DNA of 64,000 nt from Patescibacteria group bacterium (GCA_018902845.1 JAHIPV010000007.1:6989-70988); one strand, 5' to 3'. Numbered from the stretch's first letter, positions 29,334 through 38,267 are shown. Numbers and translations: made by a program. The notes: a model not told the origin generated them from the sequence alone.

Positions 29334-29768
29334 TTACAAGCCGATGGTGGTGTCGATTTGTGGGGGCAGGAATTCTTTTTCTGATTTAATCAGTTTATCT
29401 ATGCTGTCGAATTCTTTTTGCCATTCTTCTGGAATTTCTTTTTGTTCATTTGGATCTTGAGTAGTTGTTGGAATTAGATTTTCTGTTGGTGTTGGGATTG
29501 GGAGGTTTTTTTTGTCCGGTGATTTTTGTTTAATTGTATTAATCAGAGATATAAACAGAAGGAGTGAAACTATGGCAAAAAATATTATTAAAATTGTTTT
29601 GAGATTTTGTTGAAGTTTATTTTTTGGAGTGAGTGAGTTTTGATTTGTATTTTGTTTAATTTTTTGTTTTTTTTCGGGTTTAGTGGGTGTAAGTGGATTA
29701 TTTTGAAGACTGTCTATGTTTTGACTATCGGTTGTTGAATTGTCTGTTGTTGGTAATTGCTGATTCAT
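29334..29768 (-). CDS. hypothetical single-TM protein
   Basis: 144 aa, TM plus PTPT linker. Confidence 0.7.
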   Translation of the reverse strand: MNQQLPTTDNSTTDSQNIDSLQNNPLTPTKPEKKQKIKQNTNQNSLTPKNKLQQNLKTILIIFFAIVSLLLFISLINTIKQKSPDKKNLPIPTPTENLIPTTTQDPNEQKEIPEEWQKEFDSIDKLIKSEKEFLPPQIDTTIGL

Positions 29769-30604
29769 TGTGTTTGGTAGAATTTTGTAATAATTGATTT
29801 TAGATTACTGAATATTTCCAAGGAATATTGGTTTGTTTTGCTTAGTTCTTTTTTGGATTGTGGATAAAAGTTATTAAATTTATTACCATATTGTTTTTGT
29901 TCGGTTTTTTTTAAAGCTGTGTTGAGATTGTCACGGGCTATGTCCATTTTAATAAAAACATCTGATGTCCAATTCTGTCCTTCTGTTTCAATTTGATCTG
30001 AGTTTTGTATTTTTGTGGCAAGATTTTTTAGTTCGTTTAAAATTTGTTCGTAGTTGTTGCATTGATTTTGGACAATTGATGTATAAATTTCTTTTTGAAT
30101 GCTATTGTATTTGGATTGAAAATTTTGGCCATTTTGAGAAAGGTCATCCAAATTACTTAATGAGTCAACAATAATGTTTTGTTCTTTTAACCACGAAATC
30201 CATTTTTCTAATTCAATTTGATTTTTTTTGGTATTTGTAGGATTGTTGTCAGAATATTCTGATAATTTGGTTTTTAGGGCGAGAATATATTTTTGTAATA
30301 ATGTGTTTCTGGAGATGATGGCTTTTTTGGTCCACTCCATTTTTTCCTTTTCGGTGGTAATTGTCCCGTATTTAGTGTGAGTTTCTTTTTTTTCAGTGTA
30401 TTTTAAATAGGCTTGGCTGTATTCTTGTTGTTGGTTTAAATAATCTTTTTTGGCTTGTTGGTAAGGTGAAAGGGTGGGTGCGGGAGTTGGCGGTATCTCA
30501 GTTGGGGTTGGCAGGGAAATTGTGGCGGATTCGGTTGTTGGCGGGATAGCTAGAATGGGTTTTGAAATTAGAAGTAAGAAGCTTAGAAGAATAAGAGTAA
30601 GCAT
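29765..30604 (-). CDS. hypothetical secreted coiled-coil protein
   Basis: signal peptide, Pro/Thr linker, helical. Confidence 0.7.
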   Translation of the reverse strand: MLTLILLSFLLLISKPILAIPPTTESATISLPTPTEIPPTPAPTLSPYQQAKKDYLNQQQEYSQAYLKYTEKKETHTKYGTITTEKEKMEWTKKAIISRNTLLQKYILALKTKLSEYSDNNPTNTKKNQIELEKWISWLKEQNIIVDSLSNLDDLSQNGQNFQSKYNSIQKEIYTSIVQNQCNNYEQILNELKNLATKIQNSDQIETEGQNWTSDVFIKMDIARDNLNTALKKTEQKQYGNKFNNFYPQSKKELSKTNQYSLEIFSNLKSIITKFYQTQ

Positions 30605-30624
30605 AGTTTAGTGTAGCAGAAAAG

Positions 30625-30706
30625 TGCCGCAGAGAGGAGTCGAACCTCCACGCCCAAGGACACACGGTTCTAAGCCGTGCCTGTCTACCAATTCCAGCAC
30701 TGCGGC
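30625..30706 (-). tRNA. tRNA-Leu(TAG)
   Basis: cloverleaf with long variable arm. Confidence 0.93.
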
Positions 30707-30772
30707 GGATTAGCATATTTTAACCTTTTTTGATTAAAATTGGTAAAATATCGCATTGGTGATGATATTTTT

Positions 30773-30846
30773 GTCCTCATAGCTCAGTCGGATAGAGCGC
30801 TTGCCTTCTAAGCAAGAGGTCGGAGGTTCGAATCCTCCTGGGGATA
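30773..30846 (+). tRNA. tRNA-Arg(TCT)
   Basis: CTTGC-CTTCTAA-GCAAG anticodon arm. Confidence 0.93.
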
Positions 30847-30855
30847 CTTATTCAT

Positions 30856-30927
30856 GCGCCCATAGCTCAATGGATAGAGCATTGGTCTTCGGAACCAAGG
30901 ATGAAGGTTCAACTCCTTCTGGGCGTA
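30856..30927 (+). tRNA. tRNA-Arg(TCG)
   Basis: TTGGT-CTTCGGA-ACCAA anticodon arm. Confidence 0.93.
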
Positions 30928-30933
30928 CAAAAA

Positions 30934-30991
30934 GGTTCGCCAACTGGCGAATCAGTTGGTAGATCCGCCAGTTGGCGGACTCTTAAGCGAT
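30934..30991 (+). pseudogene. 5' fragment of tRNA-Lys(CTT) interrupted by two 16-bp hairpins
   Basis: TCAGTTGGTAGA and CTCTTAAGCGAT match the tRNA at 31241. Confidence 0.85.
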
Positions 30992-30992
30992 T

Positions 30993-31250
30993 ATGTATGT
31001 ATATGTAATAAAAAACAAAAAAACAGATAAAATATATATTGGCCAAACAAACAATTTAAAAAATAGACTTAAAAGACACAACGGGCATTTAAAAAACAAA
31101 GTAACAAGCTATACTTCGAAAAATAAAGGAGAATGGCAATTAGTATACAAAGAAGAATATGATACTAGAAAAAAAGCTATAAAAAGTGAGAAACAATTAA
31201 AATCTTACCAAGGCAGACAATATATAAAAAGAACAATCATGGGCCGTTAG
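30993..31250 (+). CDS. small GIY-YIG nuclease; stop codon inside tRNA-Lys
   Basis: YVYVI..YIGQT..L..RL.RHN..E.QLKS. Confidence 0.92.
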   Translation: MYVYVIKNKKTDKIYIGQTNNLKNRLKRHNGHLKNKVTSYTSKNKGEWQLVYKEEYDTRKKAIKSEKQLKSYQGRQYIKRTIMGR

Positions 31251-31316
31251 CTCAGCTGGTAGAGCAATCGCCTCTTAAGCGATCGGTCAGAGGTTCGAAT
31301 CCTCTACGGCCCACCA
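31241..31316 (+). tRNA. tRNA-Lys(CTT)
   Basis: ATCGC-CTCTTAA-GCGAT, CCA end. Confidence 0.95.
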
Positions 31317-31317
31317 C

Positions 31318-31505
31318 TCAGTTGGTAGATCCGCCAGCTGGCGGACTCTTAAGCGATCGGTCAGAGGTTTCCGCCGGTAGGCGGACAGGCTACCTCTACG
31401 TTCGCCAACTGGCGAATCAGTTGGTAGATCCGCCAGCTGGCGGACTCTTAAGCGATCGGTCAGAGGTTTCCGCCGGTAGGCGGACAGGCTACCTCTACGG
31501 TCCAC
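31318..31505 (+). repeat. two tandem (99-bp period) hairpin-scarred pseudo-tRNA-Lys copies
   Basis: identical units 31318-31400 and 31417-31499 joined by TTCGCCAACTGGCGAA. Confidence 0.92.
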
Positions 31506-31542
31506 TTAAAAAAAATTGTTTCACAAATTTTAAAATCTTAAA

Positions 31543-32958
31543 TCACAAATTCAAGTTTCTGAGTTTTTTTAAGAAGTTTAGGATTTTTTGTTTTATATTG
31601 GTTTTGGGGCGGAAGATAAGTGAGTTTTTTGTGATGGGAGTGAGTTGAATTGGATCAATGTTTTTCCAGCTGATGAAAGTGTTTGACTGAGGGATTTCTG
31701 ATGGAATTATTTGAAATGTAAATTTGAATTCGTGAGTTTGACCTGGTTCGATTATTTCATGGTTAGTACAAATAGGGCCCAATTCTACATTTGCTGTACT
31801 TTGAGGAGAAAGACAAAACGATGTTTCATTTTCTCCCCAAATTGATTGACCGGTATTTTTTAGTTTAATTTTTCCCTGGTATTTTTTTTGAGGAAAAATG
31901 ATAAAAGGTAGCTTTTTTTTAACCAATTCAGATTCAGTGATTTGTTGTGGGTTGTTTTGTTGTTTTGGTATATCTATTATTTTTTGGTATTGAGGATACA
32001 GGTTTTCTTGTTTGTCTACCCAAGAAAAATGGTCGAAAGGCGAATAGGGATAATTAAATATAAATGGAGTGACTGCTTGGATGCGGATATCCTGTTGCCA
32101 GAGTAGTATGGCGGATTTTAAAAAATCTGTGGCTGTGTTTAGGGTATAAAATTGATTGTTGTTTGATTCCCCTTCTCTGTGTGGCCAACCCGTTTCGGTG
32201 ATAAAGATTGGAAAGTTTTTATTAATTCCGAGAGATTTTAAGAAGTCTAATTCCCATTGATAGCCGAGAATACTAAATTTACCAATATCGGTTGGTTTGC
32301 CGATAAAACCTGGATTAGGGTATGAGTGAGAGGAAATAGCATCAATGTTATTGAAATAATCAGATTTATATTCAATTATTTGACGATAAAATGTGTCTGC
32401 AGACATAAACTGTGGGTTTTTATCAGGGGCAGCTAGGTCTAGTCCCGCACTTAAGATGTAAAAATTTGGATTAAGTTTTTTGAGTTTTTGGGAGGCATAA
32501 ACAGCGATATCGGTGTAGTGTCTTGGGTTGATTTTTCCACCCCATTCTTTTGATTGATTTGGCTCATTAAAAAGGATAATGTGTTGAGTTTTGGTGGGCC
32601 AGTTAAGCGAATTGAGAAAGTTGGCTAGTTTGTCTATATCTTGATAAACGGGGCTTTGCCAAATAGCATTTTGTTGGGTAGTTGCCAGTCTAATAATTGG
32701 AATAATATGATACTTTCGGCAATTATTAAAGAAATTTTGCCAAGCATTGTGATTGAGATTGTTAAGAGGAATTACAATAGTGGTCCAACCCCAGTCTGCG
32801 TTTGATGAATTTATAATATCTTTGGTTTTATGGATATCTGAGTCTTGTGTTAAATGAAGACCGAAAATGTTTCTCTCTTGGGAAAAAACAGGTTGGTTGT
32901 TTAATAACAAATAAATGATACTAAATAATAATAAAAGGAAGATTTTTGGCTTTTTCAC
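31543..32958 (-). CDS. secreted clan GH-A glycoside hydrolase-like protein
   Basis: FNEPN, SHSYP, ITETGW; start re-called at GTG 32958. Confidence 0.75.
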   Translation of the reverse strand: MKKPKIFLLLLFSIIYLLLNNQPVFSQERNIFGLHLTQDSDIHKTKDIINSSNADWGWTTIVIPLNNLNHNAWQNFFNNCRKYHIIPIIRLATTQQNAIWQSPVYQDIDKLANFLNSLNWPTKTQHIILFNEPNQSKEWGGKINPRHYTDIAVYASQKLKKLNPNFYILSAGLDLAAPDKNPQFMSADTFYRQIIEYKSDYFNNIDAISSHSYPNPGFIGKPTDIGKFSILGYQWELDFLKSLGINKNFPIFITETGWPHREGESNNNQFYTLNTATDFLKSAILLWQQDIRIQAVTPFIFNYPYSPFDHFSWVDKQENLYPQYQKIIDIPKQQNNPQQITESELVKKKLPFIIFPQKKYQGKIKLKNTGQSIWGENETSFCLSPQSTANVELGPICTNHEIIEPGQTHEFKFTFQIIPSEIPQSNTFISWKNIDPIQLTPITKNSLIFRPKTNIKQKILNFLKKLRNLNL

Positions 32959-32974
32959 TAGTAAAATATAACAG

Positions 32975-34114
32975 ATGAAAAAAGAAGAAATTATAAAAAT
33001 GCGGATAAAGCGAGTTGAAAAGGAAATTCGTGACACACCATACGACAAAGCATCGGAGCATCATCATGGCAAATTGAAAGCTAAATTATCTAAGTTAAAG
33101 GAAGAATTGAGTGGGGTTTTTTCGGGTGGTGGTGGGGGTGGTGGTGGATATGCGATAAAACATTCCGGAGATGCCACCATAGTGTTAGTAGGGCCGCCTA
33201 GTGTGGGCAAATCCACCTTGTTGAATCAGTTGACCAATGCTGAATCGAAGGTTGGTAATTATGATTTCACTACTCTTGGAGTTGTGCCTGGAATGATGAA
33301 ATACAAAGGGGTAAGAGTACAGATTTTAGATTTGCCTGGTTTACTAAAGGGGGCTTTTGAGAATAAGGGTTTCGGAAAGAGAGTACTTTCTGTTATTAGA
33401 GCCAGTGATTTGGTTGTTTTAATGACGGATGTAAAAAGACCGGAATGGATAGATAAAATGGAGAATGAAATTAGCAAGGCGGGAATTAGATTAAATGAAG
33501 AAAAACCAAAAATAGTAATAAGGAAAATGCCGAGGGGGGCAATCCAAGTGGTTGATTCTTGTAATGGGTTGGGGAAGGAAGTAATTATTAGCGTAGTTAA
33601 AGAAATGGGATATTCAAACGCAGTGGTGAGTTTTGATGAAAAGATCGAGGATGTTGAAAAATTAATTGATGCTTTGACAAAATCTCGAAAATATTTGCCA
33701 ATGGTCAAGGTTGTTAATAAGATAGATGATCTTAAAAATCTAAACCTGAAATTTAAAATTTCCTCCTTCGCTAAAGCTATGGAGGACAAGCAAAATTCAA
33801 AATTCAAAGATGTGGTTTGTGTATCAGCGGAGAAGGGGTTGGGGTTGGATGAGTTTAAAGAAAAAATTTGGGAAAAACTTGGTTTGGTGAGAATTTTTTT
33901 GAAAAAAGAGAGAAATAAAAGCGCTGATAAAAGTGATCCATTGATTATAAAAAAGGATAGAAGATTGGATGATGTGTTAAATAAAATTTCGGGTGAGATG
34001 AGGGGTGATATTAAAAGGGCTTATATTTGGGGAAAAAAGGCAAAATTCGCCGGACAAGGTGTTTCTTTAAGAATGGAGGTTTTTGATGAAATGGAAGTGT
34101 GGTTTGGAAGATAA
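32975..34114 (+). CDS. DRG/RBG1-like OBG-family GTPase with TGS domain
   Basis: KASEHH..KLKAKLSKL, GPPSVGKST, YDFTTL, QILDLPG, NKID. Confidence 0.9.
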   Translation: MKKEEIIKMRIKRVEKEIRDTPYDKASEHHHGKLKAKLSKLKEELSGVFSGGGGGGGGYAIKHSGDATIVLVGPPSVGKSTLLNQLTNAESKVGNYDFTTLGVVPGMMKYKGVRVQILDLPGLLKGAFENKGFGKRVLSVIRASDLVVLMTDVKRPEWIDKMENEISKAGIRLNEEKPKIVIRKMPRGAIQVVDSCNGLGKEVIISVVKEMGYSNAVVSFDEKIEDVEKLIDALTKSRKYLPMVKVVNKIDDLKNLNLKFKISSFAKAMEDKQNSKFKDVVCVSAEKGLGLDEFKEKIWEKLGLVRIFLKKERNKSADKSDPLIIKKDRRLDDVLNKISGEMRGDIKRAYIWGKKAKFAGQGVSLRMEVFDEMEVWFGR

Positions 34115-34119
34115 AATTT

Positions 34120-35202
34120 CTATTTCTCCATTAAAGAGCGGATGAGGAGGCTTCTGTTTTTTAGAGTTTGGGAAGAGAGTTTGGGGTATTTTTGGTAATA
34201 TTTTTTGGCAAGAGTATTGGGGCGGGGAGAAAATCTAAAGGTGTGAATTTTTTTAAAACCGATTTGTTGGCATAGATCGTGGGTTTGTTGAAAATCTTTT
34301 TGGGTTTCGCCGGGGAATCCGACGATGATGTCAGTGCCGAGTTTTAAATTTTTAATTTTTAATTTTAAATTTTTAATTTTTTTTATAATATCGTTGCGGG
34401 TGTAGGGGCGGTTCATGAGTTTTAGGATTTTGTCGGAGCCGGATTGGATGGGGATGTGGAGAAAATTTTTAATTCTTAGTTTGTTGTTTTTAATTAAATT
34501 TATAAATTTGTCGTCAATACAATTAATTGGAATTGAACCAAAACTTATGAGAGGAACGGAAGTTCTTTTGAGTAAAGTTTCAACTAGGTTGGAAAGGCCC
34601 GGTTTGTAAAAATTTAGATTAACTCCGGTAATAATAATTTGGGTAAAACCGTTTTTTATAGCTTGATTAGTTTGCCTGACAGCTTGTTTAATTGGCAGAT
34701 GCCATAAATATGATCGACGATAAGGGACAATACAATAAGAACAAAAAGAAATACAGCCGGATTGGATCTTTAATAGATATTTTTTGTGTTTTGTTAAGGT
34801 AGTTTGAATTTTGGTGGTATAGGGACAAGTAAGATTTTTTAATATTTTTTCTTTTGTTTTGTTGTTGATAATATGGGGGACGAGGCACGCCTCGCCCTTA
34901 CGTTTTTTTATATTGACACAGCCGGTTGCTATTATTTGGCTTTTGGGGAATTGTTTTTTTAGCGATCTTATTTTTTGCAGTGATTCTTTTTCCCCTTTTT
35001 GAGTGATGGCGCAAGTATTGATAATAACGAGAGACGGGAAATCGGATGTAGGATGCAAGAAGTGTTTGAAGCCGTGATTGATAAGGATTTGTGAAAGTTG
35101 ATTTGTTTCGGCGGCGTTGACACGACAGCCAAAGTTGAAAGCTAAAAAAGTTGGGTTAGTCTTGATGGAATTTATTAACCTAAAAAAGTTACCTTGATTC
35201 AT
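34120..35202 (-). CDS. MiaB/MtaB-like radical SAM methylthiotransferase (no TRAM domain)
   Basis: GCRVN, INTC, CISFCSYC, TDIIVGFPGET. Confidence 0.88.
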   Translation of the reverse strand: MNQGNFFRLINSIKTNPTFLAFNFGCRVNAAETNQLSQILINHGFKHFLHPTSDFPSLVIINTCAITQKGEKESLQKIRSLKKQFPKSQIIATGCVNIKKRKGEACLVPHIINNKTKEKILKNLTCPYTTKIQTTLTKHKKYLLKIQSGCISFCSYCIVPYRRSYLWHLPIKQAVRQTNQAIKNGFTQIIITGVNLNFYKPGLSNLVETLLKRTSVPLISFGSIPINCIDDKFINLIKNNKLRIKNFLHIPIQSGSDKILKLMNRPYTRNDIIKKIKNLKLKIKNLKLGTDIIVGFPGETQKDFQQTHDLCQQIGFKKIHTFRFSPRPNTLAKKYYQKYPKLSSQTLKNRSLLIRSLMEK

Positions 35203-36304
35203 TTTGTAATTTTTCCATAAGGATTGAATAAAAACGTAAGTTGTGTATAGTAGCTAATCTTCCGGCTGTCATATCTTTTATTTTAAAAAGATGGGCAAGA
35301 TAAGAACGAGTATATTTTGTGCATAACAAACAATCGCATGCAGTACTGACTGGCTTGGTATCTCTGTAGTACTTTTCTTTATTAGGAACAAAATAAGAAT
35401 AAAATTTTTCTTGCCTGATATTTATTTTGTTAATTGAATCGGCGTTATAAACATAAAGCCTTTTGTGTCTGGCGTCCCGAGTTGGCAATACGCAATCAAA
35501 GATTTGCCAACCAAGATCAACACAATTAACAATTTCATCCGGTTTGCCTATACCAAGACCGTAAAGCAAGTAGTTTTTTGGGCTGTATTTGGCAATAATT
35601 TTTGCTATATCGTAATTAAATTGCCCGTCTTTATCTAGAGGCCAACCGCCATATCCAAGACCATCAAAACCAATTTTAACTAGTTTTTGAGTGCATTCTT
35701 TTCTCAAGTCTAAATATTCCCCTCCCTGGACTACTCCGAGCAGGTATGGACGATTTTTTTTGTTTAATTTTTGCTGTTTACAGATTTTTTCGAATTCTTT
35801 TTTGCAAATTTTAGCCCAAAGAATGGTGCGATCAACTGTTTCTTTGGCTTTTTGATAATTGGCTGTAGGTGTGGTGAAATCGTCTAGTACTACCACCATA
35901 TCGGTTTTTAGGGACATTTGGATTTGGATGGATTTTTGTGGAGTAAAGAGCGTGTCAGTATTTTTTGTTTGTTTGAATTTTACCCCTTTGTCTGTAACTG
36001 AATTTTCTCCGCCAAATTTTTTGGCCAAAGACATGATTTGAAAACCACCCGAATCAGAGATTATTCCGTGAGACCACGACATGAAATTACTTATGCCTTT
36101 GTGTAGTTTTATTGTTTGGATACCGGGATTATTGTGAAGGTGGTAAGTATTGACCAGTATTCCCGGTGTGTGAGTAGATTCAATATCTTTTGAATCCAGA
36201 GTTTTTAGAACAGCACGAGTGGCATCCGGAAAAAATACGGGAAGAAGAATTTTTTTGCTTTTAATAGTTTTGAAGTATTTTTTTCTGGTGGGTTTGGGTG
36301 GCAT
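35189..36304 (-). CDS. tgt: tRNA-guanine transglycosylase (start re-called at ATG 36304)
   Basis: NTYHL, DSGGFQ, VVQGG, FDCVLPTR, CDC..C, HNL. Confidence 0.93.
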   Translation of the reverse strand: MPPKPTRKKYFKTIKSKKILLPVFFPDATRAVLKTLDSKDIESTHTPGILVNTYHLHNNPGIQTIKLHKGISNFMSWSHGIISDSGGFQIMSLAKKFGGENSVTDKGVKFKQTKNTDTLFTPQKSIQIQMSLKTDMVVVLDDFTTPTANYQKAKETVDRTILWAKICKKEFEKICKQQKLNKKNRPYLLGVVQGGEYLDLRKECTQKLVKIGFDGLGYGGWPLDKDGQFNYDIAKIIAKYSPKNYLLYGLGIGKPDEIVNCVDLGWQIFDCVLPTRDARHKRLYVYNADSINKINIRQEKFYSYFVPNKEKYYRDTKPVSTACDCLLCTKYTRSYLAHLFKIKDMTAGRLATIHNLRFYSILMEKLQNESR

Positions 36305-36335
36305 TTGTATATTATAATATGTAGACTTGAGATTA

Positions 36336-36376
36336 GCCGGGGTGGTCCGCCACAGGCGGATAAACTTCATTGGTAT
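36336..36376 (+). pseudogene. 5' fragment of tRNA-Leu(TAA) interrupted by TCCGCCACAGGCGGA hairpin
   Basis: GCCGGGGTGG and ATTGGTAT match 5' end of tRNA at 36644. Confidence 0.75.
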
Positions 36377-36391
36377 GTAAAATTTTAATTT

Positions 36392-36634
36392 ATGTTTTAT
36401 GTATATGTACTTAAAAGTCAAAAAGTAAAGAAATATTATAAGGGTTTGACTGGTGATTTAGACAAACGATTGAGGCAACATTATAATGGTAAATCACTGA
36501 CAACGAAAAGATATTTACCATTAGAATTAGTATTTGTTCAGATATGTGCAAATAGGTTAGAAGCTGGAAAACTTGAAAAGTATTTAAAATCTGGTATAGG
36601 TCGTGAAATAATGGGAGAAATTGTTGTAAAATAA
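36392..36634 (+). CDS. small GIY-YIG nuclease
   Basis: FYVYVLKS..YYKGLT..RL.QH..EKYLKSGIGR. Confidence 0.92.
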   Translation: MFYVYVLKSQKVKKYYKGLTGDLDKRLRQHYNGKSLTTKRYLPLELVFVQICANRLEAGKLEKYLKSGIGREIMGEIVVK

Positions 36635-36643
36635 AGATGTTTT

Positions 36644-36727
36644 GCCGGGGTGGCGGAATTGGTATACGCGCAAGACTTAAAATCTTGTGTCCCTTGGGAC
36701 GTGTGGGTTCGACTCCCACCTTCGGCA
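36644..36727 (+). tRNA. tRNA-Leu(TAA)
   Basis: CAAGA-CTTAAAA-TCTTG, long variable arm. Confidence 0.94.
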
Positions 36728-36730
36728 CAT

Positions 36731-36804
36731 CGGGGATTGGCGCAATTGGCTAGCGCGCACGGTTTGGGACCGTGAGGCTGCAGGTTCGAATCCTGTATCC
36801 CCGA
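36731..36804 (+). tRNA. tRNA-Pro(TGG)
   Basis: CACGG-TTTGGGA-CCGTG. Confidence 0.94.
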
Positions 36805-36824
36805 CTGATCCGCTGAAGGCGGAA

Positions 36825-36960
36825 AATCATAAATCTAAATTTTCAAATCCTAAATTCTAATATCTAAATTCTAAATAAATTCAAATATCTAAATTCAAAA
36901 TTCAAAATAAGTCCAAACATTAAAATTGAAACTTAGGATAAATTAGAAATTATAAAAATT
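36825..36960. repeat. AT-rich heptad repeat tract (AAATTCT/AAATTCA-like)
   Basis: 7-nt periodic degenerate repeats like those flanking the four-helix-bundle gene. Confidence 0.7.
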
Positions 36961-36979
36961 TAGTTAAGAATTGTTTTAA

Positions 36980-37050
36980 GCGGGATTAGTTGAGCGGTTC
37001 AACATCACCCTTCCAAGGTGAAAAGATGGGTTCGACTCCCATATCCCGCT
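36980..37050 (+). tRNA. tRNA-Gly(TCC)
   Basis: TCACC-CTTCCAA-GGTGA. Confidence 0.92.
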
Positions 37051-37061
37051 CTGATTTTTGA

Positions 37062-37144
37062 GCCAGGGTGCTGGAATTGGTAGACAGGCGTCGCTCAGAA
37101 CGGCGTGTCCTTTGGGCGTGTGGGTTCGACTCCCACCCTTGGCA
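37062..37144 (+). tRNA. tRNA-Leu(CAG)
   Basis: CGTCG-CTCAGAA-CGGCG, long variable arm. Confidence 0.93.
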
Positions 37145-37228
37145 CAGTGAAAAATTTTTCCGCCAGAGGCGGACTAAAGAATTTTTAATTTGTACTTTTG
37201 TTTTTAAACATTGTATAATTAGGATTAA

Positions 37229-37471
37229 ATGATAGTTTCAGTTCAAGAATTGACTGTAGGTCCAAATTCATTAACACGGGAAGGCTTGGAAAGAAAGATT
37301 CAATGGGTAGTGGAAGCAAGAAAAGTTGGTGTAGATGTTGTATTGCCTTCGATTAAGGATATGCCCATTGAAGCCTTGGTGCTTGCAGAAAGAGCGGGGG
37401 TTTATGGACCAGGCCAAAGAATGGTAGCTTTGAGGAGGTTGGTAAATGATGAGGATGCGATGGAAAAATAG
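37229..37471 (+). CDS. hypothetical protein inside tRNA cluster
   Basis: 80-aa ORF preceded by TATAAT. Confidence 0.55.
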   Translation: MIVSVQELTVGPNSLTREGLERKIQWVVEARKVGVDVVLPSIKDMPIEALVLAERAGVYGPGQRMVALRRLVNDEDAMEK

Positions 37472-37524
37472 TAAAATAATTTTAGAGAGAATTTTTTGTG
37501 TGGATTTTGTATAATATATGTTAA

Positions 37525-37597
37525 GCCGAAGTAGCCAAGATGGTCACGGCACTGGTCTGAAAAACCTGGGATGTTGGTTCGAGTCCAACCTTCGGCA
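37525..37597 (+). tRNA. tRNA-Phe(GAA)
   Basis: CTGGT-CTGAAAA-ACCTG (one U:U mismatch). Confidence 0.9.
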
Positions 37598-37679
37598 CGC
37601 TGAAAATTTTTTCCGTCAAAGGCGGACTAAAGAATTTTTAATTTGTGTGGAGTAAAGAGAAGGATTTTAGATTAAATAT

Positions 37680-37752
<73 letters not shown>

Positions 37753-37824
37753 CAGATTTCCCGTGATTTATATCGAGGAATGTTTATTTATGTATGTTTT
37801 TGGGTTAAAATAGATTAGTTTTTT

Positions 37825-37900
37825 GGGTCTGTGGCTCAGTTGGTAGAGCGCTCGGTTTACATCCGAAAGGTCGCAGGTTCGAGTCCTGCCAGACCCACCA
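37825..37900 (+). tRNA. tRNA-Val(TAC)
   Basis: TCGG-TTTACAT-CCGA, CCA end. Confidence 0.94.
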
Positions 37901-37901
37901 A

Positions 37902-37983
37902 GCCGAGGTGGCGGAATTGGTAGACGCGCACGCTTGAGGGGCGTGTATTGAAAGATGTGCAGGTTCAACTCCTGTCCTCGGCA
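37902..37983 (+). tRNA. tRNA-Leu(GAG)
   Basis: CACGC-TTGAGGG-GCGTG. Confidence 0.93.
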
Positions 37984-37987
37984 CTTT

Positions 37988-38058
37988 TGTCCGGTCGTCT
38001 AATGGTAGGACACTAGCCTTTGAAGCTGGTTATCGTGGTTCGAATCCATGCCGGACAA
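37988..38058 (+). tRNA. tRNA-Gln(TTG)
   Basis: CTAGC-CTTTGAA-GCTGG. Confidence 0.93.
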
Positions 38059-38087
38059 CAGAATTTGAAGTGTATTTTTTTCGGGTG

Positions 38088-38267
38088 TTATGGTGTTTGG
38101 GAAGGCGGTTGGGAAGGTTTGGGGGGCAGACTTATGGGTTGGGCTTCGAGTTTTCTTAAGATATCAAAATCAATGCTTTTGTAAGAGATAATTCCGGCGA
38201 TTGTAAGAAGAATAAATAATAAAGAGATGAGAATGGTGCTGATTGTGTTTGGTTTGTTTTGAGTCAT
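38088..38267 (-). CDS. small single-TM protein (59 aa, not in ORF track)
   Basis: MTQNKPNTISTILISLLFILLTIAGIISYK...PSQTP, 10 nt after upstream gene. Confidence 0.6.
   Translation of the reverse strand: MTQNKPNTISTILISLLFILLTIAGIISYKSIDFDILRKLEAQPISLPPKPSQPPSQTP

Noticed and set aside
31318-31505. CRISPR array
   Set aside because: Units are identical tRNA-derived copies with no unique spacers; no cas genes in window
36305-36421. N-terminal extension of tgt in the ORF track
   Set aside because: Runs through the promoter, tRNA fragment and GIY-YIG start; ATG at 36304 is preceded by TATAAT
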